Numbered from the stretch's first letter, positions 11,984 through 22,090 are shown. The stretch: DNA of 64,000 nucleotides from Actinomycetota bacterium (GCA_016870475.1 VGBO01000001.1:3515-67514); one strand, 5' to 3'. Translations and numbers: made by a program. The notes: generated by a model not told the origin, from the letters alone.

Positions 11984-12009
11984 AGCGGCTGCTGACTTTA
12001 GCAGCCGCT
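11984..12009 (-). promoter_or_regulatory. Stable hairpin immediately 5' of the rplU start codon
   Basis: AGCGGCTGC-N8-GCAGCCGCT is a perfect 9-bp inverted repeat within the 43-nt rne-rplU spacer. On the minus strand its 3' arm ends at the nucleotide before the rplU ATG. There is no U-tract and no Shine-Dalgarno between the hairpin and the ATG. Confidence 0.5.
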
Positions 12010-12026
12010 CCGCCGCCGACCGCAAC

Positions 12027-13814
12027 CTAACCCTGCTCGCCGACGAGATCGTCGTCGAGGACGACACCTCGTCCATCGCATGCCTCGCACCGGCAGCTCA
12101 CGCTCTCGATGAGGCCTTCACCGATCCGCTTGCGGGTCATCTCGACCAGCCCGAGCTCGGAGATCTCGAACACCTGGGTCCGGGTCTTGTCGCGGGCGAG
12201 GGCGTCGCGGAACACCCGGACGACCTCGTCGCGGTTGTCCCGGATCTCCATGTCGACGAAGTCGATCACGACGATTCCCCCGATGTCGCGCAGCCGGAGC
12301 TGTCGGGCGATCTCAGTCGCCGCTTCGAGGTTGTTCCGGAACACCGTCTCCTCGAGCGAGGACTTGCCGACGTTCTTCCCGGTGTTCACATCGATGACCG
12401 TCAGCGCCTCGGTGTGCTCGATGATCAGCGACCCGCCCGAGGGCAGCCAGACCTTGCGATCGGTCGCCCGGAGTCGCTGCTCGTGGATGTGGAAACGCTC
12501 GAACAATGGGAGTGCCTCGGCCTCCCGGTCGTGGAACTCGACCCGGTCGGCGAGCATCGGCGAGATCGCCCCCACGTAGGCCCGGACCTCCTCGTAGAGG
12601 TCCCGATCGTCGATGACGATCTGGCGGTACTCCGCGTTGAGCTCCTCTCGGATGACCCGCAGCGCCAGGTCGGGTTCCCGGTAGATGAGCGCGGGCGCCT
12701 TGGCCGACCGGGCGAGCGCGTCGATGCGGTCCCACTGGTCGACGAGCCGGCGCACGTCACGCTCGATCTCCTCCTCGGTGACGTTCTCCGCCGCAGTCCG
12801 GACGATGACGCCGTGCTGGGGCGGCTTCACCCGGTCGAGGATCTGGCGCAGTCGCCGACGTTCGTTGTCGGGCAACCGCTTCGAGATGCCGTAGGTGACG
12901 CTGTTCGGGATGAGCACGACGAACCGACCGGGGAGGGAGACCTCCTGGGTGAGGCGAGCCCCCTTGTGGGCGATGGGGTTCTTCGTGACCTGGCACAGGA
13001 TCGTCTGCCGGGCACGGAGGACCTGTTCGATGCGCTTCTTCGCCCCCGAGGACTCGATGTCCTCCTGCTCGTACTGGACGTCGCCCTGGTAGAGGACGGC
13101 GTTCTTCGGGGTGCCGATGTCGACGAACGCCGCCTCCATCCCCGGCAGCACGTTCTGCACCTTGCCGAGGTACACGTTCCCGTGGATCTGGGCGACGTCG
13201 TCGGAGGGTCGGGAGACGATCAGATCGACGAGCGATCGACCTTCGAGCACCGCGATCTGGGTCGCCTTCGGACCGACATGGACGGCCATCGTGTAGCGAC
13301 CGACGGCCCGACCCTTCCGTTCACGGCCGGATCGGCGCCGGGCCGAACGCTCGTCGACCTCGACCGGCTCCGTGTCGTAGAGCACCTGCTCGACCGGCGT
13401 GGCGGACGATGCCGAGCGACCAGCGGGTGTGGTCGTCTTGGCCTCGCCGGCGCCACGACCGGAGCCGCTGCGCCCCCGACCGCCTCGTCGGCGGCGGCGT
13501 GCGCCGGTTCCCGTGCCGCCCTCGCCTGTGCCTGTGCCTGCGCCCTCGCCGGCGGCGCGGGCAGCCGATCCGCCCCGACCGCCGGTGGCGCCCCGGGCCA
13601 CCGTGGGCGGTCCGGGCGGCGCGGGCATCGAGTCACCGATCTGTGGCTTGCGGACGAGCGCCCACTCCGCCGCCTCGGGCGACTTCGGGCGCCCCTCGAT
13701 TTGCCGGTCGGGAAGCTCAGGCGTCCGGTCGGCCTTCGAGGGCCGTGGGCGTTGCTCGCCGGCAGGCGGCGTCGACGGGGTCGGGGCGACGTCCGGTGAG
13801 GAATCGTCGGTCAT
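12027..13814 (-). CDS. rne: Ribonuclease E/G family endoribonuclease
   Basis: S1 domain GNVYLGKVQNVLPGMEAAFVDIG, catalytic core (IVVIDFVDM) and Zn-link CRCEACDGRG. About 170 aa of Arg/Gly/Pro-rich low-complexity sequence sit at the N-terminus. An AGAAGGAA Shine-Dalgarno lies just upstream of ATG 13814. Confidence 0.9.
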   Translation of the reverse strand: MTDDSSPDVAPTPSTPPAGEQRPRPSKADRTPELPDRQIEGRPKSPEAAEWALVRKPQIGDSMPAPPGPPTVARGATGGRGGSAARAAGEGAGTGTGEGGTGTGARRRRRGGRGRSGSGRGAGEAKTTTPAGRSASSATPVEQVLYDTEPVEVDERSARRRSGRERKGRAVGRYTMAVHVGPKATQIAVLEGRSLVDLIVSRPSDDVAQIHGNVYLGKVQNVLPGMEAAFVDIGTPKNAVLYQGDVQYEQEDIESSGAKKRIEQVLRARQTILCQVTKNPIAHKGARLTQEVSLPGRFVVLIPNSVTYGISKRLPDNERRRLRQILDRVKPPQHGVIVRTAAENVTEEEIERDVRRLVDQWDRIDALARSAKAPALIYREPDLALRVIREELNAEYRQIVIDDRDLYEEVRAYVGAISPMLADRVEFHDREAEALPLFERFHIHEQRLRATDRKVWLPSGGSLIIEHTEALTVIDVNTGKNVGKSSLEETVFRNNLEAATEIARQLRLRDIGGIVVIDFVDMEIRDNRDEVVRVFRDALARDKTRTQVFEISELGLVEMTRKRIGEGLIESVSCRCEACDGRGVVLDDDLVGEQG

Positions 13815-13829
13815 TGGCGTTGTTCCTTC

Positions 13830-14528
13830 TCATGGGGCACCCACCGCCACGACCGGGGCCAGAGGCTCCCGTAGGGCGCCGTCGTCCTCGACCCACTGGT
13901 GCAGGCGGCAGACACGCCGCTCGCTCCAGGGGCTGCCGAGTGCGGCGACCAGTTCGGACGGGCGGAGGGTGCGCGGTTGGGTACCGAGGTCGGCTCGCAG
14001 GCACACGACGGTGCCGCTCAACTCGGTGACGTTCATGCTCAGGATCCCGGGGCGGATGTCGTCTTCGGTGACGCGTCCCTTGCGGTCCCGGCTGACCATG
14101 ATGCTCGGAGCTGCGAGGAGTGCCGCGACGACCTCCTCGGCCCGGTCGGTCGGCCCCTCGAGCTCGATGGCCCAGGTACACCGGGTGACCGCCTCCTGCA
14201 ACGAAGGGCCCGGATGGTCGAGCACGGCCACCGCCGTGCACTCGATCCCGTCGGGCAGCGCGGCGCTGAGCCGCGCCGTGAGGTCGCCGAGCCCCTCGAC
14301 CGCGAGCGCAGCGGTCGGGTCGAGGTCGACATCGAGGTACTCGCCGAGTGACTCGTGGCCGGTGGAGAGGGCGAGCCCGAAGTGCAACTTCGGTCGGGGT
14401 GAGAACCCCTGGCTGTAGGCGACGGGGAGTTCGGCCCGACGCAGGGCCCGCTCCCAGATGCGGGCGAGGTCGCGGTGCGAGAGGAACCGGACCTTCCCGA
14501 GCTTGGTGAACCGGACCCGCAGGCGCAT
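13830..14528 (-). CDS. Radical-SAM-linked protein (DUF2344 / TIGR03936-like)
   Basis: MRLRVRFTKLGKVRFLSHRDLARIWERALRRAELPVAYSQGFSPRPK... matches this family from memory. ATG at 14528 forms an ATGA overlap with the upstream radical-SAM stop. Confidence 0.75.
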   Translation of the reverse strand: MRLRVRFTKLGKVRFLSHRDLARIWERALRRAELPVAYSQGFSPRPKLHFGLALSTGHESLGEYLDVDLDPTAALAVEGLGDLTARLSAALPDGIECTAVAVLDHPGPSLQEAVTRCTWAIELEGPTDRAEEVVAALLAAPSIMVSRDRKGRVTEDDIRPGILSMNVTELSGTVVCLRADLGTQPRTLRPSELVAALGSPWSERRVCRLHQWVEDDGALREPLAPVVAVGAP

Positions 14529-16429
14529 CAGACGCCTACCGCGGTCCGCAGGAGCACCGGCACGGCGGTCCCCTGGCTCCCACCGGCGGGTGGGACCGCC
14601 GAGGCGACGATGTGCTCGATGCCGTAACCCGTGCACGCGCCGCAGTCGTAGCAGGGGGTCCAACGGCAGTCCGGCAACCCGACCTCGGCGAGCGCGTCAC
14701 GCCAGTCCTGCCAGAGGAAGTCCTTGTGCAGGCCCGCGGAGAGATGGTCCCACGGGAGCGCCTCGTGCTCCTCCCGATGGCGGTGCACGATCTCGTCGAC
14801 GGACACCCCGGCGTCCGCCATGGCGTCGAGCCACAGGTCGAGACGGAAGTGTTCGGACCACTCCTGGAACGTGCCGCCGTTGCGCCAGACGGACTCGATG
14901 ACCGGCCCGAGCCGCCGGTCGCCACGGGAGAGGATTCCCTCCACCAGGGTCGCCCGGGGGTCGTGCCAGCGAAGTTGCACGCCACGCGCCGACGCTGCGG
15001 CGGTGCGCAGCAGGGCGACCTTGCGCTGCAGCTCGGCGACCGTGTTCTGGCCGAACCACTGGAAGGGCGTGAAGGGCTTCGGCACGAACCCGCCGACCGA
15101 CACGGTCACCGACGGCGAACGCTGGTAGTTCCTGCCGATCTCGACGCACCGGCGGGCGAGCTCGACGATGCCGAGCGTGTCCTCGTCGGTCTCGGTGGGG
15201 AGACCGATGAGGAAGTAGAGCTTGACGCGCCGCCATCCCTGGGAGAAGGCGGACTCGACCGCCGCGTACAGGTCGTCCTCACTGATCAGCTTGTTGATGA
15301 CCTGCCGCATGCGCCAGGTACCGGCCTCGGGGGCGAACGTGAGCCCGGTCCGGCGGGCCTTCTGGATCTGGGCGGCGATGCCGACGGTGAACGCGTCGAC
15401 GCGTAGCGACGGCAGCGAGACCGAGATGTTGTCGCCGCAGCCGATGATGTCGGCGACGACCTCGTCGATGCCGGAGTAGTCGGCCGTCGACAGCGAGGTG
15501 AGTGCGACCTCGTCGTAGCCGGTGCGGCGGAGGCCCTCGGTCACCATGGTCCGCACTTGCTCGGCGGGACGCTCTCGCACGGGGCGGGTGATCATCCCCG
15601 CCTGGCAGAACCGGCAGCCCCGGGTGCAGCCCCGGAAGACCTCGACGTTGAGTCGGTCGTGCACGACCTCGGTGAGCGGGACGAGCTGCTGCTTCGGGTA
15701 CGGCCAGTCGGCGAGCGAGGCGACGGTCCGCTTCTCGATCTGGCTCGGGATACCGGCATCGACCGGTCGTAGACCGGCGAAGCGACCATCCTCGCCGGTG
15801 CAGGACTCATACAGCCCCGGCACGTATACGCCCGTCACTCCGGCGAGTCGACGCAGCACGGCAGCGCGACCCTGCGAACGGGCCGCGGCGATCGCGGCGG
15901 TGATCTCCCCCACGACCTCCTCGCCGTCGCCGAGGACCACGAGGTCGACGAAGTCGGCGAGCGGTTCGGGGTTGTAGGTGCAGTGCCCGCCGATCGCGAC
16001 GAGCGGATGCCAATCGGTCCGGTCCGCCGCCCGCACCGGGACCCCGGCGAGGTCGATGCAGTTCAGGACGTTCGTGTAGGTGAGCTCGGCCGACAGGTTG
16101 AACGCGATGACGTCGAAGTCGCCAGCGGGCAGGTGGTTGTCGACGGAGAACAGCGGGAGTCCGGCGGCCCGTAGCTCGGCCTCGAGGTCGGTCCAGGGTG
16201 CGTAGGACCGCTCGGCGACGGCGTCGTCCCGCTCGTTCAGGATCTCGTAGAGGATCTGGAGCCCCTGGTTCGGCAGGCCGATCTCGTAGGTGTCGGGGTA
16301 GACGAGCAGCCAGGACACGTCCCCGGGCCGGTGGGCCGGACGCTGGGCGCCGTCCTCACAGCCGATGTAGCGCGCCGGCTTGGACACCCGGGACAGCAGA
16401 GGCTCGAGGCGGGGCCACAGGGACAACAT
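14528..16429 (-). CDS. B12-binding-domain radical SAM protein (TIGR03960-like), function unknown
   Basis: 633 aa. CTRGCRFCQAG is a CxxxCxxC radical-SAM cluster motif, preceded by an N-terminal B12-binding-like region. Confidence 0.8.
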   Translation of the reverse strand: MLSLWPRLEPLLSRVSKPARYIGCEDGAQRPAHRPGDVSWLLVYPDTYEIGLPNQGLQILYEILNERDDAVAERSYAPWTDLEAELRAAGLPLFSVDNHLPAGDFDVIAFNLSAELTYTNVLNCIDLAGVPVRAADRTDWHPLVAIGGHCTYNPEPLADFVDLVVLGDGEEVVGEITAAIAAARSQGRAAVLRRLAGVTGVYVPGLYESCTGEDGRFAGLRPVDAGIPSQIEKRTVASLADWPYPKQQLVPLTEVVHDRLNVEVFRGCTRGCRFCQAGMITRPVRERPAEQVRTMVTEGLRRTGYDEVALTSLSTADYSGIDEVVADIIGCGDNISVSLPSLRVDAFTVGIAAQIQKARRTGLTFAPEAGTWRMRQVINKLISEDDLYAAVESAFSQGWRRVKLYFLIGLPTETDEDTLGIVELARRCVEIGRNYQRSPSVTVSVGGFVPKPFTPFQWFGQNTVAELQRKVALLRTAAASARGVQLRWHDPRATLVEGILSRGDRRLGPVIESVWRNGGTFQEWSEHFRLDLWLDAMADAGVSVDEIVHRHREEHEALPWDHLSAGLHKDFLWQDWRDALAEVGLPDCRWTPCYDCGACTGYGIEHIVASAVPPAGGSQGTAVPVLLRTAVGV

Positions 16430-16477
16430 GTCGAGAAGAGCCTACCGGACCGCCCGCGCTTCGCCTGACCTGCGGGT

Positions 16478-17623
16478 TCAGCGGAACCGGTGCATGTGCA
16501 CCGACAGGACCACGCCGACCGATGCGAGGGTGGTCAGCAACGAGGACCCGCCATAGGACACGAACGGCAGGGGGATCCCGGTCACCGGCATGATCCGCAT
16601 CGTCATGCCGACGTTCTCGAAGATCTGGAACGCGAACATGGCGAGGACGCCGCTGCACAACAGGGTGCCGAAGTCGTCGCGGGCGAGCTGAGCCGCCCGG
16701 GTGATGCGGAGACACAGCGCGAGGAACAGGGCGAGCAGCGTGGCAGCGCCGACGAACCCGAGCTCCTCCCCCACCGCGGTGAAGATGAAGTCGGTCTCCT
16801 GCTCGGGGACCATTCCGTCCTGGGTCTGGGGACCGTTCCCCCACCCCCAGCCGGTGACACCGCCGAGACTGATCGCGGTCTGGGACTGCTCGACGTTGTA
16901 GCTCTGGTCGAGGGACATGTCGGCCGAGGTGTCGATGAAGACGAGCAGCCGGTCGCGTTGGTACTCGGCGAGCAGGCCGGAGCCGAGCACGATGCTCGTA
17001 CCGATCGCCGCGGCCACCACGAGCCCACCGAGGTAGCGCAGCGGAAGCCCCGCGACGGCGAGCATCGTGAAGGTGATCACGGCGAACACGAGCATCGTGC
17101 CGAGGTCCGGTTGCAGCAGGATCAGCCCCATCGGCAGGCCGGCGACCGTGAGGACGATGGCGAGGCGACGCAGCGTCAGGTCGTCCCGGTGGATGGACAG
17201 GTACGCGGCAAGGGTGACGATGAACGCGAACTTCGACGGCTCCGACGGCTGGAGGGTGAACGGCCCGACCGCGAACCAGGCCTGCGCCCCGCGCAGTTCA
17301 CTCCCCACGACGAGCACGGCGACGAGCAGCAGCAGCGATCCGCCGTACAGGAGCGGGACGAACTCCCGCAGACGCCGGTAGTCGAGGATCGCGAGGCCGA
17401 TCATCAGGCCGAGCCCGAGGAGGAGCGCCACGACCTGTCGGGTCACGTAGGAGGTGTCCGGCGTCGGGCCGCTCCCCTTCGTTGTCGAGAAGATGGTTGC
17501 GATCCCGATCGCTACGAGCAGGACCGACAGCGCGACGATGCTCCAGTCGAGGTGCAGCGCCGGGCCGGCGAGATCGCGACGCAGCGAGTACACGGCGTCG
17601 CGCGACCGCCGGGTCAGCGCCAT
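16478..17623 (-). CDS. rodA: SEDS-family peptidoglycan glycosyltransferase RodA
   Basis: Polytopic membrane protein with FTLQPSEPSKFAFIV and MPVTGIPLPFVSYGGSSLL. ATG at 17623 (MALTRRS...) lies inside ORF 16478..18259. The gene sits downstream of mrdA. Confidence 0.85.
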   Translation of the reverse strand: MALTRRSRDAVYSLRRDLAGPALHLDWSIVALSVLLVAIGIATIFSTTKGSGPTPDTSYVTRQVVALLLGLGLMIGLAILDYRRLREFVPLLYGGSLLLLVAVLVVGSELRGAQAWFAVGPFTLQPSEPSKFAFIVTLAAYLSIHRDDLTLRRLAIVLTVAGLPMGLILLQPDLGTMLVFAVITFTMLAVAGLPLRYLGGLVVAAAIGTSIVLGSGLLAEYQRDRLLVFIDTSADMSLDQSYNVEQSQTAISLGGVTGWGWGNGPQTQDGMVPEQETDFIFTAVGEELGFVGAATLLALFLALCLRITRAAQLARDDFGTLLCSGVLAMFAFQIFENVGMTMRIMPVTGIPLPFVSYGGSSLLTTLASVGVVLSVHMHRFR

Positions 17624-19692
17624 GTGGGCCTCGCCCTCGTCGTGCGCCGACCACCCGTCCGCGGTGCCGGGGGGATCGTGGGCGCCACCGCAGCGGGCAG
17701 CAGCGGCAGCGTCGACGCCGTGACCGCGGGCGTCCGCTGGATCGAGGACGACACGGGTTGCGCAGGTACCGGCTCGACGATCCGGTCGTAGATGCGGCGC
17801 ACGAGCGGTGCTGCGGTCCCCGACGCGAACCCCGCCTCCTCGAGCACGGCGACGACGACGTAGCGCGGCGCGGCGACCGGGGCGAACGACGCGAACAGCG
17901 CCGAGTCCGCCCGCGGCGGGACCTCGGCCGTCCCGGTCTTGCCGGCGACGGTGAACCCGGGGTGGTCGAACCCCGAGAAGGCCCCGGCTGCGGTGCCCTC
18001 GTTGCTGTTGACCACGCCCGCGAGCCCCTCGGCGATCACCGAGCGGGTCGCCGGGTCGAGCGCGACCTGGCGGGTGACCCGGGGGGCGAAGGAGGTGACG
18101 ACGGCGCCGTCGTCGTGGTCGAGTAGCGCCCGGGCGATGGAAGGTGCCTGGAGGGTCCCACCGTTCGCGAAGGCGGCGTAGGCGTTGGCGAGCTGCAGCG
18201 GGGTGACGGCGATGTCGCCCTGGCCGATCGCGAGGTTCACGTTGTCGCCCGTCAACCACTCACCGAAGGGGAAGGCCGTCGGGTTGTCGATGTGGCGCTG
18301 CGCCTTGAACGCCGGATCGGAGATGATGCCGGCTGCCTCGTCGGGGAGCTGCACGCCCGTGAGGGACCCGAGGCCGAAGTCCCGAGCCACGTTCTGGATG
18401 GTCGTCCGACCGTACGTGCCCTGCTCGACCCAGAACTTCTCGCCGATCCGGTAGTAGTAGACGTCGCTCGACACCACCATCGACCGTCGCATGTCGACCG
18501 TGCCGAACGCGGTCCGGCCGGCGTTCTGGAACGAGCACCCCTCCGTGCAGTTCGCGAGGTTCCACACGCCGAGGTCGGTGACGGTCTCCCCGGGCGACAC
18601 CAGGCCGGACCGCAGGGCCGCCACGGCGGTGAAGGTCTTGAAGGTCGAGCCGGGCGAGTAGATCGCCTGCGTCGCCCGGTTGAACAGCGGGTTGAACGCC
18701 GCAGCGTCGGTGAGCTCCGCGAAGCGGGAGGAGCTGATCCCGCCGATGAAGTCACCCGGGTCGTAGGTCGGGAAGCTCGCCATGGCGAGGACCTCCGACG
18801 TCATCGTGTCGAGCACGACGACCGCGCCCGCCGGTGCCCGGTAGTCGGGGTCGGCCGGGTTCCGTTTCGGCTGCTGGCGAGCGGCGAGGAGGGCTGCCTG
18901 GAGCTCGCGTTCGACGGTCGCCTGTAGGTCGACGTCGATGGTGAGCTGGAGGTCGTAGCCCGAGACGGGTCGGACCTCGGACCGCGTGTCGACCTCGATG
19001 TTGGTCGCGTCGACCTCGATGACCCGTACCCCCGGCGTCGCCCGCAGGTCGGACTCGAACACCTTCTCGACCCCGCTCTTGCCGATCTGGTCGCCCGGCT
19101 CGTAGGGCTTGGGGTCGAGGGAGCGGTCCTTCGGCCGAGCGTCGAGTTCGGCGGCGGAGATGGCCCCGGTGTACCCAAGCACGTGCGCCGCGAGGTTGCC
19201 GTAGGGGTAGGTCCGGACCCGGTTGCGCACCACGTTGACGGAGGGGAAGTCGAAGTGTCGCTCGAGCAGGTACGCCTCGACGGCGACGGTGACGTCGTCG
19301 ACGATCGGGGCCGGCTTGAAGGGGTTGAACTGCGGGTCGGCGAGGCGCGCCCGGATGTCCGCCTCCTTGGTGGGGAACCCCTGCTCGGTGAGCGTCGAGG
19401 CGAGCCGGGTGACGACCTCTTCCTGGTCGTCGAGTGCGTTGAACACGTTGCGGTCGATGGTCACGCTGATCGACTCGCGGTTGTCCACGAGGACGCGACC
19501 GTTGCGGTCGAGGATCCGCCCGCGCGTGCCCTCCGTCGCGATCGTGTCGAAGAGCGCGGCACCCCGGACGTCCTCGAGGGTCTTGTCGTCGAGGACCTGC
19601 AGGAAGTATAGGCGCGCGAAGAGCGACACGAACATCGATACGACGACGATGCTGACCACGCCGACGCGCAGCGGCGGGGGCCCGGCGCTCAC
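17614..19692 (-). CDS. mrdA: Penicillin-binding protein 2 (elongasome transpeptidase)
   Basis: N-terminal TM segment, then PGSTFKTFT (SxxK) and AGKTGTAE (KTG). GTG at 19692 overlaps the mreD stop (GTGA). The 3' end overlaps the rodA start by 10 nt. Confidence 0.85.
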   Translation of the reverse strand: MSAGPPPLRVGVVSIVVVSMFVSLFARLYFLQVLDDKTLEDVRGAALFDTIATEGTRGRILDRNGRVLVDNRESISVTIDRNVFNALDDQEEVVTRLASTLTEQGFPTKEADIRARLADPQFNPFKPAPIVDDVTVAVEAYLLERHFDFPSVNVVRNRVRTYPYGNLAAHVLGYTGAISAAELDARPKDRSLDPKPYEPGDQIGKSGVEKVFESDLRATPGVRVIEVDATNIEVDTRSEVRPVSGYDLQLTIDVDLQATVERELQAALLAARQQPKRNPADPDYRAPAGAVVVLDTMTSEVLAMASFPTYDPGDFIGGISSSRFAELTDAAAFNPLFNRATQAIYSPGSTFKTFTAVAALRSGLVSPGETVTDLGVWNLANCTEGCSFQNAGRTAFGTVDMRRSMVVSSDVYYYRIGEKFWVEQGTYGRTTIQNVARDFGLGSLTGVQLPDEAAGIISDPAFKAQRHIDNPTAFPFGEWLTGDNVNLAIGQGDIAVTPLQLANAYAAFANGGTLQAPSIARALLDHDDGAVVTSFAPRVTRQVALDPATRSVIAEGLAGVVNSNEGTAAGAFSGFDHPGFTVAGKTGTAEVPPRADSALFASFAPVAAPRYVVVAVLEEAGFASGTAAPLVRRIYDRIVEPVPAQPVSSSIQRTPAVTASTLPLLPAAVAPTIPPAPRTGGRRTTRARPTWR

Positions 19693-20204
19693 CGCGGCAC
19701 CCCTCGCTCCTCGTCGCGGACCGCCCAGCCGACGACTCGGACGGCAGGGCGGGCGAGCGCCCCGTTCACGAACCCGGCGACGACGGCGAACCGGATGATC
19801 TCCCAGGCCGAGATCGCCGTCTCGTCGAGCAGGAGCGCCACGCCGGCGTGCAGCACGACACCCACCACCGTCGTACCCGCCACGAGGCCGGCACGGACGG
19901 ACCCGTGGTGATCCACCACGACCTGACGGGTCTGCCCGGCCAGGTACCCCACGACCGTGTACACGAGCGCGACCATCCCGAAGGGGGTCTGGAGGAACAG
20001 GTCGTAGGCGAGACCGGCCCAGAACCCGATGACACACCCCTTCGCTGGGCCCGCGACGAGCGCGGTCGCGCCGACCACGAGGAGGAGCAGCTCCGGCCGG
20101 ACGCCGAGGAGCCCGAGGTCGGCCATGAGCGTCACCTGGAGCAGCACGGCCGAGACGATCACGACCACGGCCCGCAGCAGGGCGCGGCCCCAGCCCGGGG
20201 TCAC
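19689..20204 (-). CDS. mreD: Rod shape-determining protein MreD
   Basis: Small polytopic membrane protein between mreC and mrdA. GTG at 20204 forms a GTGA overlap with the mreC stop; the ORF-track start at 20219 is 5 codons upstream. Confidence 0.75.
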   Translation of the reverse strand: MTPGWGRALLRAVVVIVSAVLLQVTLMADLGLLGVRPELLLLVVGATALVAGPAKGCVIGFWAGLAYDLFLQTPFGMVALVYTVVGYLAGQTRQVVVDHHGSVRAGLVAGTTVVGVVLHAGVALLLDETAISAWEIIRFAVVAGFVNGALARPAVRVVGWAVRDEERGVPR

Positions 20205-21055
20205 GGCTCCGGCTCCCACAGGAGCACGGTGACATAGCTGAGCGAGGCAAGGTCGGCGAACAGCGCCACCTCGACACCGTCGACGGTCTGCGCAGCGACG
20301 ACCCCGACCGGCGGTGGGGTCTCCGTGACCCCGACGACTGCGCCGACCGGCAGGTCCGGCGGGTACAGGCTCGCCTCGATACCGCTCGTCACGAGCGCCG
20401 CCCCGTTGACGAAGGTGCCCACGGGCACCTCACCCTGCACCCGCAGCGGGCGGCCGCGTCCCTGGCCGACCAGCACGAAGGTCGGCGACGCCGGCTCCTC
20501 GGCGAGTCGCACGGTGACGCCGAACCGGCTGCTGTCGACGAGCTCGATGACCGAGCGGGTCGGCGTGACCTCCGCGACCCGGCCGATGAGGCCCTGCTCG
20601 GTCACGACGGTCATGTTCCGTCGGATGCCGTGGTTGCTTCCCCGATCGATGCGGATGGTGCTCTCGAGGTTCGAGACCGGCCCCGACACGACGCGTGCGA
20701 TGACCCGCTCCGTCGTCGCCGCCGCCTCGAGCCCGAGCTGGCCCTGCAGGATCTCGAGCTGCTCGGAGGCCCGACGCTCGATGGCGGGGTTCTCCTCGAG
20801 CTCTGCGATGCGCTGCCGCAACGACGCGTTCTCCTCGGCGAGGTCGCCGTGGTCCCACACCCCGTTCCAGGCGTTGCGCACCGGCGAGAAGACCCAGTAC
20901 ACACCGTCGGCGACCGGCTCGGTCACGACGCGCAGCCCCGACTGAACGCTGCGCATCGGCCCGAACCCGCGGAAGTCGAGCGTGAGCAGACTCACCGCGG
21001 TGGCCACGGTGACGAGGAAGACGAAGCGCGGTCGGTTGCTGCGCACCTGCCCCAC
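20201..21055 (-). CDS. mreC: Rod shape-determining protein MreC
   Basis: N-terminal TM segment, a coiled-coil segment (NASLRQRIAELEEN), then a beta-rich domain. It lies directly downstream of mreB. Confidence 0.85.
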   Translation of the reverse strand: MGQVRSNRPRFVFLVTVATAVSLLTLDFRGFGPMRSVQSGLRVVTEPVADGVYWVFSPVRNAWNGVWDHGDLAEENASLRQRIAELEENPAIERRASEQLEILQGQLGLEAAATTERVIARVVSGPVSNLESTIRIDRGSNHGIRRNMTVVTEQGLIGRVAEVTPTRSVIELVDSSRFGVTVRLAEEPASPTFVLVGQGRGRPLRVQGEVPVGTFVNGAALVTSGIEASLYPPDLPVGAVVGVTETPPPVGVVAAQTVDGVEVALFADLASLSYVTVLLWEPEP

Positions 21056-22090
21056 CTAGCGGAACGACGACGAGAAGAGCACACCCTTCAGCGCGTCGAA
21101 CTCCTCGAGGGAGAGACCGGAGCCGATGGCCACGCAGTACAGCGGGTTCGGCGCGATGCGGATCGGCATGCCGGTGTCGTGTGCGAGACGACGGTCGAGA
21201 CCGTGCAGCAGGGCGCCTCCCCCGGCGATCGTGATTCCCTGCTCCATGATGTCGGCAGCGAGCTCGGGAGGCGTCTTGTCGAGCGTGCTCTTCACGGCGT
21301 CGACGATGGCGTGCACCGGCTCGGCGAGCGCGTCGCGGACCTCGTTCGTGGTGATCTCGATCGTGCGGGGCAGACCGCTCATGAGGTCACGCCCGCGGAT
21401 CTCCGCCTGCAGTTCCTCCTGCAGGGGCCACGCCGACCCGAGCGCGATCTTCACCTCCTCGGCGGTTCGCTCACCGAGGGCGAGGCTGTACTCCTTCTTC
21501 ACGTAGGCCATGACGGCCTCGTCGAGCTCGTCGCCGCCGACCCGGATCGACTCCGACGCCACGATGCCCCCGAGAGAGATCACCGCGACCTCCGTCGTGC
21601 CGCCGCCAATGTCCACGATCATGTTGCCGGCGGGTGCCTGCACCGGCAGCCCGGCGCCGATCGCCGCCGCCATCGGTTCCTCGATGATGTACGCCGGCTT
21701 GCGTGCACCGGCGTACTCCGCGGCCTCCTGCACGGCGCGCTGCTCCACTCCGGTGATCCCCGACGGCACGGCGACGACCATGCGCGGCTTCGCCCAGCGG
21801 CGCTGGTGGACCCGTTCGATGAAGTACCGCAGCATCTTCTCGCAGATCTCGAAGTCGGCGATGACGCCGTCCTTGAGCGGGCGCACGGCGCGGATGTGTC
21901 CGGGCGTGCGCCCGATCATGCGCTTCGCCTCCGCCCCGACCGCGAGCGGTCGGCCGTCGTGCGCATCGACGGCGACGACGGATGGCTCGTTGAGCACGAT
22001 GCCCTGACCCCGCACGTACACGAGCGTGTTCGCGGTCCCGAGGTCGACGGCCATGTCGCGCCCGACGAAGGCCGTGAGCCGCTCGACCAT
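21056..22090 (-). CDS. mreB: Actin-like rod shape-determining protein MreB
   Basis: [31 protein letters not shown] and [13 protein letters not shown] at 22090 lies inside ORF 21056..22258 and shares one nucleotide with the ndk stop (TGATG). Confidence 0.95.
   Translation of the reverse strand: MVERLTAFVGRDMAVDLGTANTLVYVRGQGIVLNEPSVVAVDAHDGRPLAVGAEAKRMIGRTPGHIRAVRPLKDGVIADFEICEKMLRYFIERVHQRRWAKPRMVVAVPSGITGVEQRAVQEAAEYAGARKPAYIIEEPMAAAIGAGLPVQAPAGNMIVDIGGGTTEVAVISLGGIVASESIRVGGDELDEAVMAYVKKEYSLALGERTAEEVKIALGSAWPLQEELQAEIRGRDLMSGLPRTIEITTNEVRDALAEPVHAIVDAVKSTLDKTPPELAADIMEQGITIAGGGALLHGLDRRLAHDTGMPIRIAPNPLYCVAIGSGLSLEEFDALKGVLFSSSFR

Noticed and set aside
13400-13640. Repetitive GC-rich tract (GCCTGTGCCTGTGCCTGCGCC and neighbouring Arg/Gly codon repeats), considered as a possible tandem repeat or mobile remnant.
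   Set aside because: It lies in frame within the RNase E N-terminal disordered region (GTGTGEGGTGTGARRRRRGGRGRSGSGRG). It is low-complexity coding sequence, not a non-coding repeat element.
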